Positions 55,580 through 64,000 of a DNA stretch of 64,000 nucleotides are shown one piece after another. Origin of the DNA: Bdellovibrionales bacterium (GTDB lineage: Bacteria; Bdellovibrionota; Bdellovibrionia; Bdellovibrionales; UBA1609); contig JBFWQY010000026.1 in the NCBI GenBank assembly GCA_050249195.1, positions 6,018 through 70,017 of the forward strand, given 5' to 3'. Each line of letters starts with the position of its first letter. Positions within the stretch are counted from its first letter, which is position 1. The position numbers were made by a program, and so were the translations under genes. The notes under the pieces are model-generated. The model worked only from the letters and a program-made list of their open reading frames with translations. It searched no databases and was not told the origin of the DNA.

Positions 55580-56098
55580 ATGTTAAAGCGCGTTTCGTTA
55601 GTCACCGTACTCCTGGCGTCTTTGGCGCTGACGGTTTCCTGCGGGAGCAAGAAGAAGACCGAGTCCGCTCCGGTTGGAGGAACGGAAGGCGGAACGATGG
55701 ATCCGAATGTATCCTCGCAAGCGATGAGCTTCGATGCGGCAGGCAGCGACAGTGGCAAGATCCAGGGATTACAGTCGGTGCATTTCGACTATGACTCTTC
55801 CACCCTGACCACGGAGGCGCGTCGCCAGTTGGCTGAAAATGCAGAGTGGATCAAGTCAAATGCGAATGCCACCATTCAGATTGAAGGCCACACCGACAGC
55901 CGCGGGTCCGTAGAATACAACTTGGCATTGGGCGAACGTCGAGCCAAATCGGTGAAGAGTTATTTGAGTAGCTTGGGGATCGACTCCAAACGCATGACTA
56001 TCATCAGCTATGGTGAGGAAAAGCCGATTGCAACCGGGGACAGTGAAGACGCGTATCAAAAAAATCGCCGTGCGAATTTTGTTCCTCTGGCCCAGTAG
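55580..56098 (+). CDS. pal: Peptidoglycan-associated lipoprotein
   Basis: Lipobox TVSC, VHFDYDSS, IEGHTDSRGSVEYNLALGERRA, SYGEEKP, NRRANF. Confidence 0.95.
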   Translation: MLKRVSLVTVLLASLALTVSCGSKKKTESAPVGGTEGGTMDPNVSSQAMSFDAAGSDSGKIQGLQSVHFDYDSSTLTTEARRQLAENAEWIKSNANATIQIEGHTDSRGSVEYNLALGERRAKSVKSYLSSLGIDSKRMTIISYGEEKPIATGDSEDAYQKNRRANFVPLAQ

Positions 56099-56387
56099 TA
56101 TATTGGTGATCTGCGGTCTCGTAGGATGCGTGGCCGCGCCTCCGCCTTACGAAGAATTCACCTTGGCGCGCGCGGCTGTGCGTGCCGCTCAAGACGTGGA
56201 TAGCGCTCGCTACGCTACCGGGTTGTGGCATAAGGCGGACGAGGCTTTCCGGCACGGCAGTAAGTCCTTTCGGGAAAATGAGTTTGGCGAGGCTAAGCGG
56301 TATTTTGAAATTGCAATCGAGTATGCGGAGCGCGCTGAAAACGCGACTCGACTTAAGAAATTTCAGAGTGGAGATACATTCCCATGA
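56070..56387 (+). CDS. DUF4398-like lipoprotein
   Basis: Lipobox LVGC, then ARAAVRAAQDVDSARYA helical pattern; start approximate. Confidence 0.65.
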   Translation: MRILFLWPSSILVICGLVGCVAAPPPYEEFTLARAAVRAAQDVDSARYATGLWHKADEAFRHGSKSFRENEFGEAKRYFEIAIEYAERAENATRLKKFQSGDTFP

Positions 56388-57160
56388 AAGACCGAATCCC
56401 GTCCATTCTCCTTTCCTTGCGATCCGTCTTATCCCTTCTTCCAGTCCTGTGGCTCGCGGGCTCTCTCGCGGGTTGCGTGAAAACGCGCTCGCAACTCAAG
56501 GGAGAATCAGGGAATCAAGAGTTGGCTCGCCAAACTCAAGCACAAAGGCGTTTTGAACAGCAGAATGCACACGCTTCAGCGTCGGCTTCGGCACCGGCCG
56601 CAGCATCAGCTCCCGCCCCGGCTCCAAAACCCGCAATCGCGGCCTACCGCCTCGAAGAGTATGACGAGCAGATGCGTCACTTGCACGGACGTGTTGATAC
56701 GGTTGAGAACATGTTAGCGCAGTTGAATGCGGCCGAGCAGGGTCACCGGGAAATGAAGCTTCAGGAAAACCAGGCTCTGGAGCAAAAATTCATCGCCTTT
56801 GAAGACGCTCTGAAGAAATTGGAAACGCAGGTCCTGGAATTGAGTGATCAGGTCTCGCGTTTGAAGCCGACTCCCGCGCCAGCCGTGGACACGAGCGAGA
56901 AGGCCCGCACCTCTTTCGAGCAGGCTGAAGACCTCTTCACTGCCAAAAAATGGAAAGAGTCAATTGTGGCCTATCAAAAATACCGCGACAAAAATCCGAA
57001 AGGAAAGCAGTACGCGGACGCGACTTATAAAATTGGCGTGAGCTTCCAGGAGCTGGGCATGAAGGACGAGGCCCGCGCCTTCTTTGATGAAGTCACAACC
57101 AAGTTTCCGAAATCCAAAGAGGCCAAGAAGGCCAAGTTCCGACTGAATAGTCTGAAATGA
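56384..57160 (+). CDS. cpoB: Tol-Pal associated TPR protein CpoB/YbgF
   Basis: Lipobox LAGC, coiled coil, C-terminal TPRs (YADATYKIGVSF...FPKSKEAK); downstream of pal. Confidence 0.8.
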   Translation: MKDRIPSILLSLRSVLSLLPVLWLAGSLAGCVKTRSQLKGESGNQELARQTQAQRRFEQQNAHASASASAPAAASAPAPAPKPAIAAYRLEEYDEQMRHLHGRVDTVENMLAQLNAAEQGHREMKLQENQALEQKFIAFEDALKKLETQVLELSDQVSRLKPTPAPAVDTSEKARTSFEQAEDLFTAKKWKESIVAYQKYRDKNPKGKQYADATYKIGVSFQELGMKDEARAFFDEVTTKFPKSKEAKKAKFRLNSLK

Positions 57161-57167
57161 CCGGCGA

Positions 57168-58202
57168 ATGATCCTTGGGCTTGAGACCAGCTGCGATGAT
57201 ACTTCCGTGGCCGTGCTGGATACATCTGGCATCGTGAGGTCTCTAGTTTCCGCGAGCCAAGACTCCTCCCATCGTGCGTTTGGTGGCGTTGTTCCCGAAG
57301 TTGCGAGTCGCCAGCACACTGAAAACTTATTGCCGCTCGTGGATCAAGCCTTGCTTCAGGCCGGAGTGAGATGGTCTGAGATCACGGGTCTCGCCGTGAC
57401 CTCTCGTCCGGGATTAATCGGCTCTCTGCTGGTGGGTGTGGTGACCGCCAAGACCCTGAGCCTCGTGCGCGGGATCCCGTTTGTGGGTGTGAACCACATC
57501 GAGGGACACCTCTTAGCGGCATTGCTGAAAGACGAAACCTATGCTCCACCGCCTGAGTTTACCTTCCCCTTTTTGGGACTGGCGGTCAGTGGCGGTCATA
57601 CCCATCTCTTTCATGTGGAGAAGCCTGGTCGCTATCATCTGCTTGGGCGCACACGCGACGATGCGGCCGGTGAGGCCTTCGATAAATTTGCGAAGATGAT
57701 GCGACTTGGATTTCCCGGTGGTGTAGAGGTGGATCGAGGAGCCGCCGAGGGGAACCCGGGTGCATTTAAATTTCCGCGCGGATTGATCCAGGAAGACTCT
57801 TTGGATTTTAGTTTTTCCGGACTGAAGACCGCGGCGCTGAGGGTGATCGAAGGACTCAGCCCGAATGAACGTGAGACCCGTAAAGCGGATCTTTGCGCCT
57901 CGTATCAGGAAGCGATTGTGGAAGTGCTGGTGGCGAAGCTGGTCCGCGCGTCCGCGCGCACAGGCATCCGCGCATGGACCGTGACTGGGGGAGTGAGTGC
58001 CAACTCGCGGTTGCGCACGATGGCGACGGAGTCGGCACGAAATCAGGGCGCTGTCTTGGCTCTCCCGCCGCTGCGATATTGCACGGACAACGCGGCCATG
58101 ATTGGTCTTGCGGGTCTTTACAGGCTCAAGTCTGGTGCTCCTTCGGAGCAAGATCTCGCGCCACGTGCGAGCTCGTTGCCCACGGATTGGCTGAATTCAT
58201 GA
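57168..58202 (+). CDS. tsaD: tRNA N6-threonylcarbamoyltransferase
   Basis: ILGLETSCDDT, GGVVPEVASRQH, VNHIEGH, DDAAGEAFDK, CTDNAAMIG. Confidence 0.97.
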   Translation: MILGLETSCDDTSVAVLDTSGIVRSLVSASQDSSHRAFGGVVPEVASRQHTENLLPLVDQALLQAGVRWSEITGLAVTSRPGLIGSLLVGVVTAKTLSLVRGIPFVGVNHIEGHLLAALLKDETYAPPPEFTFPFLGLAVSGGHTHLFHVEKPGRYHLLGRTRDDAAGEAFDKFAKMMRLGFPGGVEVDRGAAEGNPGAFKFPRGLIQEDSLDFSFSGLKTAALRVIEGLSPNERETRKADLCASYQEAIVEVLVAKLVRASARTGIRAWTVTGGVSANSRLRTMATESARNQGAVLALPPLRYCTDNAAMIGLAGLYRLKSGAPSEQDLAPRASSLPTDWLNS

Positions 58203-59023
58203 GTCTGACCGGGGATCTCAAAGCGCGCCTGGCGGAAATAGGAATCGAGCCCAAAAAGGCGCTGGGACAGAACTTTCTTATAAGCCGGCAGGTGATTCAA
58301 AAAATCATCGCGGCCGTCCGTTCCCACGAAGGCGAATTCAAGGACCTGATCGAAGTCGGACCGGGAGTGGGGGCTCTTACCGAGCCTCTTCTCGAAGCCG
58401 GACTGGACGTCAGGCTCCGATTAATCGAACTCGATCGGGATCTCATCGCGTACTGGCGAGCTCGTGGCCTTGCCGTGATCGATGCGGATGCGCTGAAACT
58501 GGATTGGGAAACATTGAACTTGTCCGCTCCAGCCCTACTGGTCAGCAATCTCCCCTATCAAATTTCAACTCATCTGGTGGTGGAGCGCTGCCTGGGGCCG
58601 GAAAGGCTGCGCTGGATGATTCTGATGTTCCAGAAAGAAGTGGCCCAACGTCTGACCGCCCGACCCCGCACCAAGGACTACGGCCTTCTGTCGGTAATGG
58701 CTCAGCTCCATTGGCGAATGTACAAGATAGCGGATGCGGCTCCCGGAGATTTTTTTCCGCCACCCAAGGTTGCCAGCCGGGTGTTGGCGTTTGAGCGGAT
58801 CTCCGCCGAAGGCCTCGGAACGCCCTTTCTGAAGTTTCTTAAGGCGGCATTTGCACTTCGCCGAAAGTTTTTATTGAAAAACGTGAAAGGGGTGGTGGAT
58901 AAAGCCAAACACGACCGGATCCCACGACTTCTCGAGGAACTGGGGCACTCGGATAAGGCGCGTGCGGAGGAGCTGAGTCCGGGAGATTTCGCGCGGCTTT
59001 TTGGCCAGCTAAGAGATCGGTAG
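58199..59023 (+). CDS. rsmA: 16S rRNA adenine dimethyltransferase
   Basis: KKALGQNFL, IEVGPGVGALT, SNLPYQIS, MFQKEVAQRL, FFPPPKV; start 58199. Confidence 0.96.
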   Translation: MSLTGDLKARLAEIGIEPKKALGQNFLISRQVIQKIIAAVRSHEGEFKDLIEVGPGVGALTEPLLEAGLDVRLRLIELDRDLIAYWRARGLAVIDADALKLDWETLNLSAPALLVSNLPYQISTHLVVERCLGPERLRWMILMFQKEVAQRLTARPRTKDYGLLSVMAQLHWRMYKIADAAPGDFFPPPKVASRVLAFERISAEGLGTPFLKFLKAAFALRRKFLLKNVKGVVDKAKHDRIPRLLEELGHSDKARAEELSPGDFARLFGQLRDR

Positions 59024-59117
59024 GGACGGTGCCGCGAAAGACGGCTCACCCGACGGGACAGAACTGAGCGACACGGGACCCCGAGAGATCCCATGAGAGA
59101 GACAATGAGGATCTAAG

Positions 59118-59585
59118 ATGAGTACGAAAACGGCCGGGATCAAGATTGTTACAGATAACAAGAAAGCCCGCTTTGATTATGAAATCGTGGACACGTTTGA
59201 GGCCGGTCTCGTTCTCACGGGCAGTGAGGTGAAATCGCTGCGCAATAACCAGTGCACACTCAAAGACGCCTACGTGGCCTTTCGGGGTCATGAAGCCTTT
59301 TTGCAAAACGCTCATATCCCCGTGTACGCCGCTTCCAGTTACAATAATCATGAGCCGGAACGGCTACGCAAGCTGCTCTTGCATGAGCAGGAACTGAACC
59401 GGATCAGTGCCGCGCTCGCCGAAAAGGGCCTCGCGTGCGTGCCGTTGAAGGTCTATTTCAAACGAGGAAAAGCCAAAGTTGAAATCGCGTTGGCACGTGG
59501 AAAAAAGAAGGGCGATAAGCGCCAAACAATTAAGAATCGCGAAGCGGAACGCGACATCCAGCGATCGATGCGGCGGTCGCGGTAG
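59118..59585 (+). CDS. smpB: SsrA-binding protein
   Basis: NKKARFDY, EAGLVLTGSEVKSLR, RKLLLH, ARGKK. Confidence 0.97.
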   Translation: MSTKTAGIKIVTDNKKARFDYEIVDTFEAGLVLTGSEVKSLRNNQCTLKDAYVAFRGHEAFLQNAHIPVYAASSYNNHEPERLRKLLLHEQELNRISAALAEKGLACVPLKVYFKRGKAKVEIALARGKKKGDKRQTIKNREAERDIQRSMRRSR

Positions 59586-59592
59586 GCTTAAG

Positions 59593-59988
59593 TCAGCCTA
59601 CTATCCTCAATACTTCCTTCAATTCATCCAGTGCTTTTCGGGCATGTGAGAGCTCGTAAAATTCGGAAGGCGTAATATCCTCTGATCCGTAAAAAGCCAG
59701 CTCCCGATCACGACGCATGGATTTTGAGATTTCGCATAGGCGGTCGAGGGCGTTTGCAACCGGAGCCGGTAAATCCGCCTTGATCCGCGTGAGCGTGCCG
59801 GAGACTTCGTGGGAAAAAGGAACGCTATGTCCGGCTTTGCGGATAACGGCCTTGAGCGCCAGTTCGCAAGCCTCCTGAGCTTCCCGAACCACGTCCGCAT
59901 AGAGCCCATCTTCCAGTAAGACCTCGATCGCACGCACTCGGCCCTTAGCCCGCCTCAGGTAGTCGTCAGCCAATGTCTGATTCGTCAT
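59593..59988 (-). CDS. HEPN domain protein
   Basis: AQEACELALKA, VPFSHEV, RRDRELAFYG; pairs with the upstream MNT. Confidence 0.85.
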   Translation of the reverse strand: MTNQTLADDYLRRAKGRVRAIEVLLEDGLYADVVREAQEACELALKAVIRKAGHSVPFSHEVSGTLTRIKADLPAPVANALDRLCEISKSMRRDRELAFYGSEDITPSEFYELSHARKALDELKEVLRIVG

Positions 59989-60388
59989 CTGTCTTCCCTT
60001 TCAGCGCCTTTAACCGCGATTGCAAAAGCCTTTGTGGATCGTAAAGTATCAATGAATCTCGCAGATTTCCCATCATAGCAGGTTCCTGCGTCTGAAAAAC
60101 GCTCTTCCCGACGACTACGAATTGAAGCGGCAGGGGATCGTTGTGCGCTTGGAGCTGGTTTTCAAGTAGTTCCTGCACGGCTCGCACGTCGTGCGCCTTG
60201 AACGCCCTCTGATCAAGAATCACCAACAAATCGACGTCGCTGCGATAGGTCGCCGTACCCCGGGCGCAGCTTCCAATCAACAACACACCGAGAATGCCTA
60301 CAGGCCTAATTTGATCCAGATCGGATGAAAGGCCCCGGACCTGACGACTCAGCGGGACTTGTAGACTGGGAACCTGGGTAAATTTCAT
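59966..60388 (-). CDS. Minimal nucleotidyltransferase (MNT) domain protein
   Basis: LIGSCARGTATYRSDVDLLVI (GS...DxD motif); start 60388 or 60427. Confidence 0.87.
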   Translation of the reverse strand: MKFTQVPSLQVPLSRQVRGLSSDLDQIRPVGILGVLLIGSCARGTATYRSDVDLLVILDQRAFKAHDVRAVQELLENQLQAHNDPLPLQFVVVGKSVFQTQEPAMMGNLRDSLILYDPQRLLQSRLKALKGKTDDESDIG

Positions 60389-60693
60389 TATTCCACTCTT
60401 GAATCCAGTTGGAAGCGACACCTCCAACCTAGCATTTCAGGTGTAGGAGCTCAACTTCGTCAATTCGGCAACGGCTGGCCCGCCTCACTTACGACGAAAA
60501 AATCTGCGGCAAGCTCTAATTCGGAGGACAGTCTCAAATTCCGTGTGCGATTCCGGTTTGTCGTCAAGAAGGAGGGGAACCCAGGATCGCTCAAGGATGC
60601 TCAATCCTAAGCTTCTCAATTCATTGCGCCCGGACGAAGGTCGAGATTGCATAAAACATTGAGGGACATCCTATCGGCTACTATCCTTAAACT

Positions 60694-61413
60694 ATGTCCA
60701 TAAAGTTCCGTATGAGTTTTACTCTTCTGATCCTGATTCTTCTGTGCGCATGCAAGAGCAAAGTGAAAGCCGCGCAGGAACAGCGTCAGCAGGACGCGCA
60801 GAAGGTGGAAGCGGTGCTGAAGACGGAAGTCTCCCTTAAAGAGGATCGCGACTATCTCTCGGAAATGCGTAAGGACATTCCGGAAGAGACGCGCAAAGCG
60901 AATGATGAACTCGCGCTGCAGTTGAATTTGATGCAACAGGGGACTGAGAATCCGTCGCGTGTGCGCGAGCGCTTTCATCACTTGATCCAAAGTAAACGCG
61001 CGGAGTTTCGGGACAAGGTGACGCGCCTTCGGGAAGAGTTCCACGCCGACGAGCGCAAACGGCGCGACACTTTTTTGACTAAAAAGAAAAAGGAACGCGA
61101 TGCTTTCGCGCGACGCAAACTCGAGCCAAGATACACCCGCGAGTTCTTCGCGCAGCAGGAGCGAGAACGCCAAGCGTTCTTCGCCGACGAACGGGACCGG
61201 CGCCAAGCTTTTGAATCCGAAATCAATGCCCAGTCACGGGACTTTGATTCCTATATGCGTGAGCGCCAAAACGAGTTTAACGAGCAATTCCGCATCTATT
61301 CCAAACGGTTGAGCGAAAAGCCTAAGCCCAAAAAGGCGATCACCGGCGATGTGAATGACTCAAACGCGGTGGACGCGGCTCCTGTTTCCCCCCAAGGGTC
61401 GGAGGAGCAATGA
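60694..61413 (+). CDS. Hypothetical coiled-coil lipoprotein
   Basis: Lipobox LCAC; long Arg/Glu-rich helices. Confidence 0.75.
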   Translation: MSIKFRMSFTLLILILLCACKSKVKAAQEQRQQDAQKVEAVLKTEVSLKEDRDYLSEMRKDIPEETRKANDELALQLNLMQQGTENPSRVRERFHHLIQSKRAEFRDKVTRLREEFHADERKRRDTFLTKKKKERDAFARRKLEPRYTREFFAQQERERQAFFADERDRRQAFESEINAQSRDFDSYMRERQNEFNEQFRIYSKRLSEKPKPKKAITGDVNDSNAVDAAPVSPQGSEEQ

Positions 61414-61425
61414 AGAACGACAGAG

Positions 61426-62274
61426 TTAGCGATACGCGCGCTTGGGCGTGAACTTCGAGCTGGCTTTCTTTCGACGCGAGGTTTTTTTCCGCCGGACGGC
61501 TTGGCTGGGCGCCTTACGGGCTTCTGGACGGCGCTGGCGAAAGACGCGCGCGATTCCACTTTCGTCCAAAAAGGCATACTCGCCTTTACGTAATCCCCCC
61601 AGGGTTAACTGGCCTATGGCGACGCGCTTGAGCTTCTTCACGTCAAAGCCGATTTTGGCGAACATGTGCCGGACCTGTCGGTTTTTGCCCTCGCCAATAA
61701 TAATCTTAATCCAATCGTATTGCTTCGAGTCTCCCACCTTTGCGCGCTCCACATGCCAGGCCTTCACGCGGCCCCCTGGGATCGTCACTCCGCTCATGAG
61801 CTTCTTGAGTTGCTCGTCGGAGGGATGTCCATCCAGCTTGGCCAAATAGGTTTTTGGGATTTCTTCGCGTGGGTGCATCACGGACTGCGCGAATTCCCCA
61901 TCATTCGTCAAGAGTAGCAAACCTTCCGTGTCCCAGTCCAAGCGGCCGACCGGAAACACACGCACCGGGAGCTTTTCCATATAATCCGCCACGGTGGGCC
62001 GTCCTTCAGGGTCTTCCATAGTCGTAAGGACGTTTTCAGGTTTGTTGAAAATCACGTATATTTTCTGAGTTTCGGGCCGGACAGGCTTGCCGTCCAAAGT
62101 GATCCGATCTTCCGTTGGACTTACACGCACGCCGAGCTCAAACACGGTCTTGCCATTGATCTGAATCCGGCCTTCCTCAATCAGCCGGTCGGCTCCGCGC
62201 CGACTGGTCAACCCGGAATCAGCCAGATATTTATTGAGCCTCACTTGGACGGAGCCGTCTTTGGGAAATGGCAT
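61426..62274 (-). CDS. rRNA pseudouridine synthase (RsuA/RluB family)
   Basis: S4 domain RLNKYLADSG..SRR, VGRLDWDTEGLLLLTNDG, EGKNRQVR. Confidence 0.93.
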   Translation of the reverse strand: MPFPKDGSVQVRLNKYLADSGLTSRRGADRLIEEGRIQINGKTVFELGVRVSPTEDRITLDGKPVRPETQKIYVIFNKPENVLTTMEDPEGRPTVADYMEKLPVRVFPVGRLDWDTEGLLLLTNDGEFAQSVMHPREEIPKTYLAKLDGHPSDEQLKKLMSGVTIPGGRVKAWHVERAKVGDSKQYDWIKIIIGEGKNRQVRHMFAKIGFDVKKLKRVAIGQLTLGGLRKGEYAFLDESGIARVFRQRRPEARKAPSQAVRRKKTSRRKKASSKFTPKRAYR

Positions 62275-63193
62275 AGTCCAGATGAGTTATCAAAAGGCCG
62301 AGCAGTCTGTCATTGGGAAAGATATTTTTCAGGCATAAACGACCACGATTCAAGGTGCGCTCGACCTCCGCTAGATTATCGAGCGAGGGGTGATTGAGCA
62401 GTCGATTCGCCCGTTCCAAGCGTCCCACCAGGTCCTGATAGAAAGGATCGGACTGAGGGTTTATAAAGTGCCGCTCGAGCTTTTTGAGGCTGTAGAAAAG
62501 ATCTTGGGTCTCGGAGAGCTTTGCGCGGATAAACGTTTCAAACTTTTGAAACGTATGCCCACGGGTGATGAGGCCGTGCACACCTTCCATGTCGACATGA
62601 AAACAGTGGGTGGTGAGCAAGCTGCCCTCAAGCACCTGCCGTATGTCGGGAAGCAGTTCGAGGTCCGCCGAGTAATGAAGGTGCGTGATGGGAGCCGCGA
62701 GTTTCAGGGCCGCTCCCCACACGAGAGCCATATTGGGGTAGATCTTCACCTCGAGGCCTCCCCCGGGCGCCAGGATCAGCGCCATGACCTGCGTTTCTGA
62801 CAAACGCACGCATTTGATCTGGTGCCCAGACTTTTGTCGAGCCACGTGGGCCGATTGAATGAGCTCCTCAAGATCCTCAAACAGCTTGAGATGGACGATT
62901 TGAAGCGAATCCGAGTGGCGCAAATTCTGCCACACTTCGCCTTCTTCCTCGTTTAAGTGCTGTCGGACGAAAGCATGCAGATCGGTGCGTACCGTGTTGG
63001 CAAGGCTTTCTGTTTCGCTTTGCCAATGTTCAAACTGCAAGACGCGCGCGTAAAAATTTTGGATCACCGCCGGAGTGAACGGCACTGCCGAATCGAGGAC
63101 GTGCTTTACAAAATTAAATAGGGTGAGGCGGGCCGTATTCCGTTGCGGATCAAGCTTCAAAAGGTACTGGGCGAACTGGCTCACCGATGTCAT
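62231..63193 (-). CDS. Hypothetical protein
   Basis: 320-aa ORF upstream of and overlapping the pseudouridine synthase; no family recognised. Confidence 0.75.
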   Translation of the reverse strand: MTSVSQFAQYLLKLDPQRNTARLTLFNFVKHVLDSAVPFTPAVIQNFYARVLQFEHWQSETESLANTVRTDLHAFVRQHLNEEEGEVWQNLRHSDSLQIVHLKLFEDLEELIQSAHVARQKSGHQIKCVRLSETQVMALILAPGGGLEVKIYPNMALVWGAALKLAAPITHLHYSADLELLPDIRQVLEGSLLTTHCFHVDMEGVHGLITRGHTFQKFETFIRAKLSETQDLFYSLKKLERHFINPQSDPFYQDLVGRLERANRLLNHPSLDNLAEVERTLNRGRLCLKNIFPNDRLLGLLITHLDYAISQRRLRPSEAQ

Positions 63194-63250
63194 AATTCTA
63201 ACGATAGGGTGGAAGACACGACGTCGTCCACTTTAAAAAGGAGTTCAGTT

Positions 63251-63757
63251 ATGGCACGAGAACTCAACCGCGATCTGTTTGGTAATCGTCCGGCCGCAGA
63301 GGGTGACGCCCAGGGAATTCCGGCCACGCCCGCTTACGCCAAGGCTGACGATGTCCGCGCCGCGTATCTTCATATAGAAGCGATTTCCCGGCGGATTAAA
63401 GAATTCGAGTCACGCGTGGAGACGATGCATACCAAGGTGGAAGACCTCGCCGCTCAAAACCGGCAACGATTCGAGCGCGTGCAAGGGGCCTTTCAGCGTC
63501 AGAATGAGAGCATACAAAACGGTTTCGGCGACATGAATAGCAAGATCGCCGCAGTCGTGAGCCGCGTGAACGAGCGTAAGGTCGCTGAGGGCATGATCAA
63601 GGAGATGGTCGACCGGCACGCCGCCGTCGTGCAAACCTTCGAGGTGCGGATGCAGCAGCTCCAGCGCGTGATCAGTGAGCAGGAACTCACGCTAATGAAC
63701 GCCCGCAGCGAACTGCGGGAAGCTTTGCAGGAGTTAGCCCGTCTGAAGAAGCTCTGA
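63251..63757 (+). CDS. Hypothetical coiled-coil protein
   Basis: AAGGAG SD before ATG 63251; heptad-rich sequence. Confidence 0.78.
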   Translation: MARELNRDLFGNRPAAEGDAQGIPATPAYAKADDVRAAYLHIEAISRRIKEFESRVETMHTKVEDLAAQNRQRFERVQGAFQRQNESIQNGFGDMNSKIAAVVSRVNERKVAEGMIKEMVDRHAAVVQTFEVRMQQLQRVISEQELTLMNARSELREALQELARLKKL

Positions 63758-64000
63758 TGACCGGCTGAAGCCATGGACCAAGGTCGAGGCGACGGTGTTT
63801 CATGTGTGTTTCAAAATGATACGTGGGGGGCGTACTTTCGGTCTAGGAGCCACCTATTCGCCCCTTGTTCCCCTATCATAATCTTCTTTCTGACGTCTTC
63901 ATGACACGCGAACACAAAATCGAATAGCATAGACAATATGGGTAAACATAATGATCGAGAACAATTGATCCTCGGCGGAGTTCCTCGTTTTATCGTCATG

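Noticed and set aside
1122..58198. Long N-terminal extensions on the track for rpmB, pyrE, cutA, fliD, rsmA and others
   Set aside because: They overlap neighbouring genes or promoters; downstream starts have SD sequences and match family N-termini
59024..59117. Two small hairpins (one with a GAAA-containing loop) upstream of smpB, considered as a c-di-GMP riboswitch
   Set aside because: Lacks the conserved GEMM features; the stems are short and imperfect
59586..60693. tmRNA (ssrA) expected near smpB
   Set aside because: No GGGG(C/G)TG...TCGA 5' end or TCCACCA 3' end found on either strand; the space is occupied by HEPN-MNT
6556..61206. Long antisense or alternate-frame ORFs on the track (e.g. 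6556-7197, 8368-9048, 15928-16602, 35681-36337, 49667-50491, 57513-58151, 60616-61206)
   Set aside because: Shadows of well-supported genes, expected at this GC content; no independent motifs
63811..63999. 62-aa minus-strand ORF at the window end
   Set aside because: No recognisable features or start context; a plus-strand ATG at 63938 is equally plausible and is truncated by the edge
1..64000. CRISPR arrays, tRNA/rRNA genes, transposases, integrases, prophage
   Set aside because: No regularly spaced direct repeats, cloverleaf-like sequences or mobility-gene motifs were recognised by eye

Overview
Ordinary-density chromosomal window from a Gram-negative, flagellated bacterium. It is most likely Bdellovibrionota; this is inferred from the spirochete/delta-type EF-G1, the myxobacterial-type E1 alpha/beta pair, Zn-ribbon-free TopA, many secreted or Cys-rich orphan proteins, and sigma28/sigma54 promoters. 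Housekeeping genes dominate: rpsR, rpmB, rplX, metG, lpxD, infA, tex, topA, prc, pyrE, dcd, fusA, recQ, aat, mnmH, hrpB, rsmD, coaD, ssb, pal, cpoB, tsaD, rsmA, smpB and an RluB-like synthase. There is also a flaG-fliD-fliS-fliT cluster. I found no rRNA, tRNA, CRISPR array, transposase or integrase. The most interesting signals are absent or misrepresented on the ORF track. (1) A 43-aa hydrophobic small ORF whose strong SD is locked in a hairpin, overlapped by a predicted antisense transcript with its own sigma70-like promoter and terminator, which is a type I toxin-antitoxin architecture (about 21060-21271). (2) A sigma54-driven 32-aa single-TM small protein (22134-22232). (3) A sigma54-driven TPR / Maf-N-like / GT9 / GT9 cluster directly after fliDST, a candidate flagellar glycosylation system. 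(4) An ankyrin lipoprotein plus two Bor-like lipoproteins split by a perfect 19-bp inverted repeat. (5) A sigma28-driven secreted protein with an internal signal-peptide-like motif. Also noted: mnmH overlapping a stand-alone SelD-associated oxidoreductase, an MNT-HEPN pair beside smpB, and several apparently leaderless genes. All family calls come from motif recognition by eye; no searches were run.
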